Below, in pieces: positions 37,648-46,446 of a stretch of DNA of 64,000 nt; position 1 is the stretch's first letter, and each line of letters starts with the position of its first letter. This DNA is from a virus (taxonomy: Duplodnaviria > Caudoviricetes): the IMG/VR virus record IMGVR_UViG_2931714059_000002, positions 16,218 to 80,217 of that record, one strand, 5' to 3'. Below the pieces are notes generated by a model. That model was not told the DNA's origin. It worked only from the letters and a program-made list of their open reading frames with translations, and did not search any database. Position numbers and translations under genes: made by a program.

Positions 37648-39636
37648 ATGCCGGCCATCGAGTGCCCATCCCTGGTGCGCGGCGTGGCGCTGCGCGCGAC
37701 CCGCCTGGACCCGTGCGGCCGGCCGATGTACGGCGACTGCAACCAGGTCGTCAGCAAGGGCTTCATCAGCGTGCAAATGTCCCCGCAGACCGAGGAGGGG
37801 GAATCGATCAGCGTCACGAATGCCGCTGGAGAGACGTGCGTGTCGGAGGCCCCCTGTACGCAGATCAGCGGCATCAACACGACGATCGAGTTCTGCGCCG
37901 TCGATCCCGACCTCGTCAACATCCTCAACCCCACGTATGAGCCGTACCTGGACTGGCAGGGCAACACGATCGGTTGGGACACCCCGGGCCGCCTGACCTG
38001 CGACCAGGGATTCGCCCTGGAGGTGTGGACCGGGACCGCGCGCTCCGATGCCGCGTGCACTGGTGGAGGCGGACAGGGCTCATGGGGCTACCTGCTGCTG
38101 CCGTGGGTCATCGGCGGCGCCGAGGGCGACCTGACCATCGGCAACAGCGCGCTCACCTTCACTTTCGCCGGTCGCACGAAGCTCGGCCACGGCTGGCGGC
38201 GCGGCCCCTACCCGGTACAGGCCGGCGAGGGCGGCGTCCCGTCCCCCATGCTCCAGCCGATCCTTCCGGACAAGCACCGGCGATTCTTCACGACTTCGAT
38301 CCGTCCGCCCGAGGCCGAGTGCGGTTGCCAGCCGGTGGACCGCCCGACGCCGGACCCGGCGGACCTGTACATCACGGGTATGCCGGGCGAGTCGCCGCGG
38401 CGCACGGTGCGCCTGCGCGCCGATAACCACGGTTTCGGACCGGTCGTCATCAACTGGGGCGACGGCTCCGCGCCGCAGGAGGCGCAGGATGGTGCGTGGG
38501 TCACCCACACGTACACGACGGACGGCGACTACACGATCAGCGTCGCCGACAAGGAAACCCCGGTCGTCACCGCAACCCGGGACATCACCGTGCCGATCCC
38601 GGCGGATGAGCCGACGGTGACGCTGACCGGGCCCGACCCGGACAATCGGTACGTGGTGGCGGCGACGGTGGTACTGCCGCCGCAGGCCGCGACTGGGGCG
38701 ACGCTCGACTGGGGCGACGGCTCCGACGTCCAGGAGGTGACCGTCGGCGAGGACAGCACGGTGACGGTGCTGCACACCTACACCGTGCCGGGCGTGTACA
38801 CGGTCACGGTGCGGCGCGGCGACATCGACACCTACCGGGGTCGGGCGGCGATCCGTGTGCCGGTGACGGAGGCGCCGGACGCCACCGTCGCCGTCGACAC
38901 CGAGGACCCGTCGGGCCTGAGTGTGGTCCTCACCTACGACAACGCCGGGCGTGGGCCGGTGAGTATCACGTGGGGTGCGGGCGGCACGCCGCAGCAGGCG
39001 GAGGAGACTGGCACGGCCTCGCACACCTACGCGCAGCCGGGGGACTACGTGATCCGGGTGCAGTCCCTCGGGGACCCGGCGGCGTCCACCCAGGTGCCGG
39101 TGACGGTGCCGATGGACCTGCCGGCGGAACCGCTCACCGTGACGGTGGCGGGCGACAACTCGGACCCCACCGGCATGACCGTGGTCGCGACGGTCGACAA
39201 CAACGGCCAGGGCCCCGTCGCGCTCGTGTGGGGCGACGGCCAGGAGGACGCTGGAGTCACCGGGTCGGCGTCGCACACCTACGCGGCGGCCGGTACCTAC
39301 ACGGTGACCGCCACGGACGAGGACGACGCGGCCCGCACGGGCAGCGCCGAGGTGACGGTGCCCGTGGAGGTCGAGCAGCCGGCGCCGAGCGTGACGCTCG
39401 CCCAGGACCCGGACGACGCCACCGGCATGACGGTGACCGCGACGGTCGACAACGGCCTGTTCGGGCCGGTCGGTATCGCCTGGGGCGACGGTGAGGAGAG
39501 CACCGACGTGCCGGGTGACGGCACGGTCTCGCACCAGTACGCCGAGGAGGGCACCTACACCGTCACCGTGACCGACGAGGACAACGCCGCGGCCCCGGCG
39601 GGGACGGCGACCGTCACCGTCCCTGTGGGCGGCTGA
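37648..39636 (+). CDS. Major tail protein with five C-terminal PKD/Ig-like repeats
   Basis: R.TRLD.CG..NAAG..C..GFALEVW..GYLLLP; five WGD/AG..HTY/QY..G.Y.V units. Confidence 0.85.
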   Translation: MPAIECPSLVRGVALRATRLDPCGRPMYGDCNQVVSKGFISVQMSPQTEEGESISVTNAAGETCVSEAPCTQISGINTTIEFCAVDPDLVNILNPTYEPYLDWQGNTIGWDTPGRLTCDQGFALEVWTGTARSDAACTGGGGQGSWGYLLLPWVIGGAEGDLTIGNSALTFTFAGRTKLGHGWRRGPYPVQAGEGGVPSPMLQPILPDKHRRFFTTSIRPPEAECGCQPVDRPTPDPADLYITGMPGESPRRTVRLRADNHGFGPVVINWGDGSAPQEAQDGAWVTHTYTTDGDYTISVADKETPVVTATRDITVPIPADEPTVTLTGPDPDNRYVVAATVVLPPQAATGATLDWGDGSDVQEVTVGEDSTVTVLHTYTVPGVYTVTVRRGDIDTYRGRAAIRVPVTEAPDATVAVDTEDPSGLSVVLTYDNAGRGPVSITWGAGGTPQQAEETGTASHTYAQPGDYVIRVQSLGDPAASTQVPVTVPMDLPAEPLTVTVAGDNSDPTGMTVVATVDNNGQGPVALVWGDGQEDAGVTGSASHTYAAAGTYTVTATDEDDAARTGSAEVTVPVEVEQPAPSVTLAQDPDDATGMTVTATVDNGLFGPVGIAWGDGEESTDVPGDGTVSHQYAEEGTYTVTVTDEDNAAAPAGTATVTVPVGG

Positions 39637-39729
39637 CGCATCATCTCCGCCGCCCCGGGGGCGGGCTCTTGGGCTGGGACTCTCCGAGCCCCGGGGCGGC
39701 GGGCTCATCACACCGACAGGGGACATCGC

Positions 39730-40575
39730 ATGGATGAGGTCCGGGACGACGACAGCCCGTGCGGGCCGTGGCCGGTCGACCTGACGTGCTGCCCCGGCTG
39801 GCCGGAGGACCCGGCCGACTGGGAGCCCGCGCACCACCTGGCGGTGGAGATCGCCACCGACGTCCTGTGGCGGCTGACGGGCGGCCGGTACGGGCTGTGC
39901 GAGGAGCTGATCCGGCCGTGCCGCACCGCGTGCTCCTCGGGGCGCGGCGGCGCGCTGGCGTGGGGCGCGGGCGGTCTGCTCTCCCCGACTCTCGGGCCGG
40001 GCGGCCGGTGGAGCAACGGCGGCGGCTGTGGCTGCCGGTCGGGCTGCTCGTGCCGGCCGCTGTGCGCGATCGACCTGCCGGGGCCCGTCCATGAGGTGCT
40101 GGAGGTCCGGCTGTCCGGGCATGTCCTCCCGGTGTCCGCGTGGACTGTCCATCATGTCCCCGCAGGTGGGAGGCTTGTCCGGACAGACGGCGGGTGCTGG
40201 CCGGACTGCCAGGACATGACGCGTCCGGACACCGATCCGGACACGATGTCTGTCCGCTACCTCCTCGGCCGCGACGTGCCGGCCGCCGGGCGGCGCGCCG
40301 CCGGCCAGTTGGCGTGCGAGATCTACAAGCAGTGCACCAGGTCCAGCGGGTGTGCTCTCCCCGCCGGGGTGAAGACCGTCACGAGAGAGGGCGTGTCCTA
40401 CGAGATCGTGCCGCCCGGGGACTGGCCGGAGACGCTGCGCATGCACCTGCCGCAGGTGTGGGCGTGGGTGCAGCTCGCCGCCCCGCGGCCCGGGGCGACC
40501 CGGCCCGCGCTGTACTCCCTGGACCTGCCGGGCCCGCCGCTCGCCACCCGCTACCGGCCCGGAGGCCGCCCATGA
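39730..40575 (+). CDS. Head-to-tail adaptor (putative)
   Basis: CGPWP..LWRLTG.RYG.C..RPC; WP.CQD; LACE..REGVS. Confidence 0.7.
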   Translation: MDEVRDDDSPCGPWPVDLTCCPGWPEDPADWEPAHHLAVEIATDVLWRLTGGRYGLCEELIRPCRTACSSGRGGALAWGAGGLLSPTLGPGGRWSNGGGCGCRSGCSCRPLCAIDLPGPVHEVLEVRLSGHVLPVSAWTVHHVPAGGRLVRTDGGCWPDCQDMTRPDTDPDTMSVRYLLGRDVPAAGRRAAGQLACEIYKQCTRSSGCALPAGVKTVTREGVSYEIVPPGDWPETLRMHLPQVWAWVQLAAPRPGATRPALYSLDLPGPPLATRYRPGGRP

Positions 40576-41096
40576 CCACCCCCACCAAGCAGCTGCTGCC
40601 GGGCGACGCCGACCCCCTGTGGGGCCCCGTCCTCACCAGCCTCACCACCTGCCTGTGCGCCACGCTCACCGCCGCCGGACGGCCCGCCTGCGCCTGCTGC
40701 CTCGTGTGGGGCGCCGGGCCCCCGTCGCACGACTGGTGCGATTGCGACTGCGGCGACGGCAGCGGCCAGGCGTGGGTGCGGCTCGTGCGCCTGGACCCGA
40801 TCGTCGACTACGGCGCCGCCAGCGGCGGCCGGTGCGGGGCCTGGCGGATGCGTGCCGTCATCGAGGCCGGCATCTCCCGCTGCGTCGCCGTCGCCGGGCC
40901 GGACGGAAGCGCCCCCGAGTGCGATCAGCGTGAGGCTGACGCCCTGTCGGCGCTCGCCGACGCGCGGCTGCTGCGGCAGGCCATCGCCTGCTGTGACGCC
41001 CTGGCCGACCTGCGCGTTGAGCCGGACACCATGCGCCCGACCGGCCCGCAAGGCGGGTGCGCGGGCGCCATCATGCAGATCACCGTGGAGGCGTAG
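40572..41096 (+). CDS. Tail completion/terminator-like protein (putative)
   Basis: GGAGG RBS; GQAWVR..GP.GGCAG. Confidence 0.65.
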   Translation: MTTPTKQLLPGDADPLWGPVLTSLTTCLCATLTAAGRPACACCLVWGAGPPSHDWCDCDCGDGSGQAWVRLVRLDPIVDYGAASGGRCGAWRMRAVIEAGISRCVAVAGPDGSAPECDQREADALSALADARLLRQAIACCDALADLRVEPDTMRPTGPQGGCAGAIMQITVEA

Positions 41097-41240
41097 ATGT
41101 CCGGACCCACTGCCGTAGTCCTCGTCGTCGGCATCGGCGGGCTCGTCATGATCGTGGCGATCATCGCCGGCGTCGCCGCCTGGAAGCACGTCAAGGTCGC
41201 ACAGATCGAGCAGGCCCCGGCCCCCCGGGCGCGGCGATGA
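41097..41240 (+). CDS. Small single-TM protein
   Basis: GGAGG RBS; ATGA overlap with next gene. Confidence 0.55.
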   Translation: MSGPTAVVLVVGIGGLVMIVAIIAGVAAWKHVKVAQIEQAPAPRARR

Positions 41241-41662
41241 GCAGCCGCGTGCGCGTCGACCTGGACGAGGCCGCGATCGCCCGCGATCTCGGCGTGGACG
41301 GTCGCGTCGGCGAACTGGTGCGGCAGGCCACCAACGACGTGGCCGCCGCCGCCCAGCGCCGCGCACCCGTCGTCAACGGGCAGCTCCGCGCGTCGATCCG
41401 CACCTCGGTGACCGGCACCGGCTCCGAGGTGCGGGGCGAGGTGTACACACCGCTGGAGTACGCCCGGTACGTACACGAGGGCACCGGCATCTACGGGCCC
41501 GCCCGCCGGCCGATCCGGCCCGTGCGCGCCAAGGCCCTGTCGTGGCGCGGCCCCGGCGGCCGGCGCGTGTTCGCGGCCGAGGTACGTGGGCAGCGCCCCA
41601 ACCCGTTCCTGCTGGACGCCCTCATGGAGGCGTCGCCCTGGCCGGTCACGCGCGGCAGTTGA
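41237..41662 (+). CDS. HK97 gp10-like neck protein
   Basis: APV..GQLRASI..YARYVHEGT..GQRPNPFL. Confidence 0.85.
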   Translation: MSSRVRVDLDEAAIARDLGVDGRVGELVRQATNDVAAAAQRRAPVVNGQLRASIRTSVTGTGSEVRGEVYTPLEYARYVHEGTGIYGPARRPIRPVRAKALSWRGPGGRRVFAAEVRGQRPNPFLLDALMEASPWPVTRGS

Positions 41663-41666
41663 GCAG

Positions 41667-41687
41667 CCCGTACACGCACATACCCTG
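41667..41687 (+). promoter_or_regulatory. Late-promoter motif before the tail assembly chaperone
   Basis: CCCGTACACGCACATACCCTG. Confidence 0.85.
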
Positions 41688-41725
41688 CCAGGAACAGAGA
41701 TACCTCCCAGCTCAGGAGTACCGAT

Positions 41726-42193
41726 ATGGCCAACATCGAGACCGAATTTCTGATCGACGGCGACGAGGGTTACGACCCGGACAGCGCCCCCAAGGTCCCC
41801 GTCCGGGTAGACGGGGACGTCTACACCGCGCACTGCCCGAAAGACTCGGTGCTTCTGCTGCTGGCCGACCTCCAAGGAGACATCACTGACGCCAGCCGTG
41901 TCCGCACCATCGTGGAGCAGCTGCTGCTCGGCACGTTCGACGAGGACGATGCTCAGGCGCTGCTCGCCAAGATCTTCGACCCGTCCAACCGGCGCGTGAG
42001 CATGGCCTATGTCGTCTCCCTGATGAACAAGATCGTCAAGCATTTCGAGGACTACCTCGGCATGCAGATCACGGTCGAGGAGACCGCGAAGAACCGGGCC
42101 CAGCGCCGCGCGACAAAGGCCCCTGCCAAGAAGGCTGCCGCGAAGAAGACCAGCACGCGGAAGCCTGCCGCGAAGTCGTCGGCCGCCGCGTGA
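41726..42193 (+). CDS. Tail assembly chaperone (putative), Lys/Ala-rich tail
   Basis: AGGAG RBS; position upstream of the tape measure gene. Confidence 0.65.
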   Translation: MANIETEFLIDGDEGYDPDSAPKVPVRVDGDVYTAHCPKDSVLLLLADLQGDITDASRVRTIVEQLLLGTFDEDDAQALLAKIFDPSNRRVSMAYVVSLMNKIVKHFEDYLGMQITVEETAKNRAQRRATKAPAKKAAAKKTSTRKPAAKSSAAA

Positions 42194-42765
42194 CGTTCGG
42201 CCCTGTCTCCCAGGGCCGCGTGCCGTTCAGCGTGAACGGCGACCCGTACTCCCTGGTGCTGCCTGACGACGGGCGTGTCCTCGCTGGCATCGCAGCGTCC
42301 GGGGAGTGGTCCCAGATCGTCCCCGGCCTGCTCGATGACGACGACTGGCACGAGTGGATGGACCGGCTCCGGGACCCGCGCGACCCGCTCCAGTACCGGG
42401 TGTGCTGGCGGGTCGCGCTCGGCCTGGCCGAGCGCATCTACGGCATGCCCTGGTGGGCGGCGCACCGGCTGTGCACCATCGCGGTGGATCAGTGGAGGGT
42501 GTACGAGCCGTGGACCGTCACGAGAGGCTTCGACCCCGGGGCGGCGCCGGCGCACCGCATCTGCGCGTCAATCCTCGCCTGGGCGCGATCGTCCTGCCAG
42601 AAGGAGAGCGAGCTCGCGCGGCTGGACCACACGATTTTCACGCCGCCGCCGGAGTGGGTCAGCGTGACCGGCCCGGCCCGGCCAGCGGGGTTCAGTGACG
42701 CCGAGCTGGAGCAGCAGGCGGCGCAATTCGCAGCGTTCGCTCCGCACGAGATCGCCGATTCGTGA
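42190..42765 (+). CDS. Second tail assembly chaperone-like protein
   Basis: GTGA overlap; G.PWW.A.RL motif. Confidence 0.65.
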   Translation: MTFGPVSQGRVPFSVNGDPYSLVLPDDGRVLAGIAASGEWSQIVPGLLDDDDWHEWMDRLRDPRDPLQYRVCWRVALGLAERIYGMPWWAAHRLCTIAVDQWRVYEPWTVTRGFDPGAAPAHRICASILAWARSSCQKESELARLDHTIFTPPPEWVSVTGPARPAGFSDAELEQQAAQFAAFAPHEIADS

Positions 42766-42957
42766 CCCGGCTGGCTGGCGTGATGCCAGCCAGCCCCCAG
42801 GTAGAACAGAGGCCCCCGCCGCAATGCGCGACAGGGGCCAGAGTGCCGCGGATATTGGACCCTCCGCGCGGCGTTGGGGTGGCACTGGACAGCGGTCCCG
42901 GGATGGCTGCCTCGGCTCCTGTGGGCAGCATAGCGATCACGGGGACCGCGCCACCTG

Positions 42958-42978
42958 CCCGTACACGCACGTACTCTG
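42958..42978 (+). promoter_or_regulatory. Late-promoter motif before the tape measure gene
   Basis: CCCGTACACGCACGTACTCTG. Confidence 0.8.
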
Positions 42979-43052
42979 GCCGCAGGTAGCTGACTGGCTG
43001 GTGGGCCGGGCGCCGCACCCCCTTGGGGTGCCGTGTGCCCGGAGGTGCCCCC

Positions 43053-46000
43053 GTGACGACGCCGTCCTACGGCCGCGCCTCCGTCCAAATCGTCGCCGAC
43101 CTCAGCACGTTCCGGCCCGAGCTGCGCCGCGAACTCGACCGCGCGGGCCGCGACGGCGGGCGGGCCCTTGATGACGCGCTGCGCCGTCAGCTCCGCGATA
43201 CCGGGACCCGCGCGGGACGGCAGATCCGGCAGGACCTGGAGCGGGCGCTGCGTGGCCTGCGCGTCAGGGTCGATGTCGTGGCGCCGACGGCGGGGGTGCG
43301 GCGCGAGATCGAGCGGGCGCTGCGTGGCCTGCGGGCACAGGTCGCGGTCACGGCCGACGCCGACCGGGCGCGCCGCGATGTGCAGCGGGCGCTCGCGGGG
43401 CTGCGGGCCGAGGTCGATGTCCACGCCAATCTGACCGGCCTGCGACGGGAGTTGCAGCGCGGCCTGCGGGCGCTCCCGCCTGTCCAGGTGCGCGTCGACC
43501 CCGACTCGCCCCGCAGCTTCCATCGCGCCCTTCAGCGCGGTATGCGGGCGCTGCCGCCCGTGCGGGTGCGGGTCGATACGGACATCGACACGGCGGCGCT
43601 GACGCGTCAGCTGACCGCCGCGCTGCGGGCCGTTCCACTGCCGCCGTTGGTGCTGCCCGGTGGCGGCAATCAGGGGGGCGGGAGCGGACCGAACGCTGGG
43701 GCGATCGCGGCCCTGGGAGGTGCGGCACGCTCGGCAAGCTCGGCTCTGGCCTCGCTGTCCAAGGCCCTGGCGATCACGGGGCTGGTCAGTGCGCTGGCGG
43801 CCGGCATCGGTGGCCTGATCGCCGCGCTGGGGTCGCTGGTCGGCGCTGCCGGTCAGGCAGTCGCCCAGATCGCCGCGCTGTCTGCTGAGCTGGCGCCGGC
43901 GGTCGGGATCCTCGCGGCGGCTCCGGCCGCTGTGGCTGGACTGGGTGCCGCGCTCGGGGCGCTCATCGTCGGGTTTCAGGGCATGGGCGATGCCCTGTTC
44001 GGCGATGCTGAGAAGTTCGAGGCGGCGCTGGAGGGGCTGGCGCCGGCCGCTGCGGACGTGGCCGTCGAGTTCCGGGGTCTGGGCGACCAGCTCACGGAGA
44101 TCCGGCAGACCGTACAGCAGGCCATGTTCGAGCCGCTGGTCGGTGAGGTCGGCCGCCTGTACGAGGCGCTGTCGGGGCCGCTGTCCGACGGGCTCACCGC
44201 CATCTCGGCAGAGTTCGGCCGGGCCGCTCTGGGCGTCTCCGAGTTCCTGCGGTCAGCGCGGGGGATCGCGTCGATCGAGTCGATCATGGCCGGTACGACG
44301 CAGGCCACCCGCGGTTTCGCTGACGGCCTCCAGCCGCTGATCGCCGGGTTCTTCGAGATCTCGGCGGCGGTTCAGGACGCCTTCGGCGAGCGGTTCGGTG
44401 ACTCTCTCGCCAGCCTGATGACGAGGTTCGGCGAGTTCATGTCGCGGGCGGCCGAATCGGGCGACGCGGTCCGCTGGGTTGAGGACGCCCTCGTCGTGTT
44501 CCGGGAGCTGGGGCAGCTCGCGGCGTCCGTGGGCGGCATCATCCGCACCGTCTTCACCGCCGCGTCCGAGGTCAATGAGAACCTCCTCGGCGCCCTCAAC
44601 GCCAACCTCGCCGCGCTCGATGCGTTCTTCAAGAGCGCGGAGGGGCAGGAGACGCTCCTCAACGTCTTCACCGGGCTGCACGCCATCGGCACCGCCATGG
44701 GGCCCGTCTTCCTGGAGCTGGTGCGCGTCATCGGGCAACTGGCGCCCGCGTTCGTACCGCTGTCGGAGGTCGTCGGCCCTGGCCTGGTTTCGGTCATCCA
44801 GGCCCTCGGCCGCGCCCTCGACGTAGTCCTGGAGCAGATGCAGGGCAGCTTCGGCGACGTGGCGGACACGGTCGTCGCTCTGCTCGATCAGGTCGGGCCG
44901 CTCCTTGCCGCCCTGATCGCCCAGTTCTCCCTGGCTGCGGGGCCCGCGCAGGAGCTGATCGCCGTACTCGGTCCCGGGCTGACGCAGGTAGTGCAGGCCC
45001 TCGGCCCTGCCGTCGCCTCGCTGGTGTCCGGCCTCGGTCCGGCGATCTCCGCGCTGCTTCCCGGTCTGATCTTGGTAGCGGACGGCATCGCCGGCGCATT
45101 CGACGCGATCGGGCCGGCCCTTGGCCCGGTCGGTGCCGCGCTCGGTGAGGTGCTGTCCGCCGCCGCGCCCCTGTTGCCGGTCGTCGGTCAGCTCGTGGCG
45201 CTGGTCGGAGGGGCATTCGCGACAGCCCTGTCCCTCGCCGCGCAGGTGGTGGCGCCCCTGGTGCAGGTCCTCGCGTCCAGCCTCGCGCCGGTCCTCCCCC
45301 AGCTCGCGGGCGCTTTCGAGCAGGTCGGGGCTGCGCTGGGCCCAGTGGCGGCCCAGATCGGCGGGGCCTTGGCCGACGCGGTCGCGGCGATCCTGCCGCA
45401 CTTCCTGGCGGTCCTGCCGGTCCTCCTCGACGGGCTGATCCCGGCTCTGCTGGCTGTGACCACCGCGGTGATGCCGCTCGTACCCGTCCTGTTGGACCTG
45501 GTCGTGGTTGCACTGGAGCCGCTGCTCGGCGTACTGCCGGATGTGGCCGGCCTCCTCGTCTCTCTGACGGAGGCGGCGCTGCCGCTGATCGAGATTGCCG
45601 TTGCCCTGCTGATCCCCATCACCCAGGTCACGGGCGCCCTACTCGGATTCGTGTCGGCGGGCGTGGTGGTCCCGGTGATCCAGGGCATCGTGTGGGCGCT
45701 GGATCTGCTGGTCTCCGCCGTAGAGGCCGTCCTGTGGCCGATCGAGGCTGCGGTCGACGGGATCATCGGCGTTTTCCAGTGGCTGTACGACCGGCTGGTG
45801 GGCAACAGCATCATCCCGGACCTCATCAACGGCATCGCGTCCTGGTTCAGTCGGCTCCCGGGCATGGTGTACGGGCTGGTCGAGGGATTCGTCGCAACGG
45901 TGGTCGGCTTCTTCGTGGGGCTGCCGGGCCGCGTGGTCAACGCCTTGGCGGGCCTCGGGACTCGCCTTGCATCCTCGATCGCCGGCTCGGGTGTCGTGTC

Positions 46001-46442
46001 CTCCGTCCGCACGGCGGTCAACAACCTCATCAGCAACATCGCCACCTGGTTCAGTGCGTTGCCGGGCCGGGTGGCGTCCGCGATCGGTGACATCGGGTCC
46101 ACGGTCGTGGACTCGGTGACGGGCGGCCTGGGCAAGCTGGGCAGCCTGATTGGACTGGCGGACGGCGCGATCGTGCGGTCGCCGCTGATCGCTCAGATCG
46201 GCGAGGCCGGCCCGGAGGTCGTGATCCCGCTGACGCGGCCGGAGCGCGCGGCTGAGCTGGTGCAGCAGTCGGGGCTGCTGGACATCCTCGCCCGCCAGGG
46301 CCTCCACATCGGCGGCGCGATGAGCAGCACCAGCAACACCACCACCATCAACAACCACTGGCACATGAAGTCGAACATGTCCGATCCGATGGTCCTCGCG
46401 CAGCACTGGCAGGGGCAGATCGCCCGAGCAGCGGGGGTGTGA
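43053..46442 (+). CDS. Tape measure protein
   Basis: GGAGG RBS; G.ASV.IVAD...F start; long Ala/Leu helical repeats; C-terminal LADG..GEAGPE.VIPL. Confidence 0.92.
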   Translation: MTTPSYGRASVQIVADLSTFRPELRRELDRAGRDGGRALDDALRRQLRDTGTRAGRQIRQDLERALRGLRVRVDVVAPTAGVRREIERALRGLRAQVAVTADADRARRDVQRALAGLRAEVDVHANLTGLRRELQRGLRALPPVQVRVDPDSPRSFHRALQRGMRALPPVRVRVDTDIDTAALTRQLTAALRAVPLPPLVLPGGGNQGGGSGPNAGAIAALGGAARSASSALASLSKALAITGLVSALAAGIGGLIAALGSLVGAAGQAVAQIAALSAELAPAVGILAAAPAAVAGLGAALGALIVGFQGMGDALFGDAEKFEAALEGLAPAAADVAVEFRGLGDQLTEIRQTVQQAMFEPLVGEVGRLYEALSGPLSDGLTAISAEFGRAALGVSEFLRSARGIASIESIMAGTTQATRGFADGLQPLIAGFFEISAAVQDAFGERFGDSLASLMTRFGEFMSRAAESGDAVRWVEDALVVFRELGQLAASVGGIIRTVFTAASEVNENLLGALNANLAALDAFFKSAEGQETLLNVFTGLHAIGTAMGPVFLELVRVIGQLAPAFVPLSEVVGPGLVSVIQALGRALDVVLEQMQGSFGDVADTVVALLDQVGPLLAALIAQFSLAAGPAQELIAVLGPGLTQVVQALGPAVASLVSGLGPAISALLPGLILVADGIAGAFDAIGPALGPVGAALGEVLSAAAPLLPVVGQLVALVGGAFATALSLAAQVVAPLVQVLASSLAPVLPQLAGAFEQVGAALGPVAAQIGGALADAVAAILPHFLAVLPVLLDGLIPALLAVTTAVMPLVPVLLDLVVVALEPLLGVLPDVAGLLVSLTEAALPLIEIAVALLIPITQVTGALLGFVSAGVVVPVIQGIVWALDLLVSAVEAVLWPIEAAVDGIIGVFQWLYDRLVGNSIIPDLINGIASWFSRLPGMVYGLVEGFVATVVGFFVGLPGRVVNALAGLGTRLASSIAGSGVVSSVRTAVNNLISNIATWFSALPGRVASAIGDIGSTVVDSVTGGLGKLGSLIGLADGAIVRSPLIAQIGEAGPEVVIPLTRPERAAELVQQSGLLDILARQGLHIGGAMSSTSNTTTINNHWHMKSNMSDPMVLAQHWQGQIARAAGV

Positions 46443-46446
46443 GCAG

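Noticed and set aside
42105-42117. 13-nt match (GCCGCGCGACAAA) between the short spacer and the tail chaperone gene
   Set aside because: Only about 16/23 overall, with mismatches in the PAM-proximal seed; such a match is expected by chance in GC-rich DNA.
42100-42193. Programmed frameshift between the tail chaperone genes
   Set aside because: No XXXYYYZ slippery heptamer seen; the genes overlap by GTGA, consistent with coupled translation.
43200-43640. ~22-aa tandem repeats at the tape measure N-terminus as a DNA repeat array
   Set aside because: In-frame protein repeats typical of tape measure proteins; no spacer structure.
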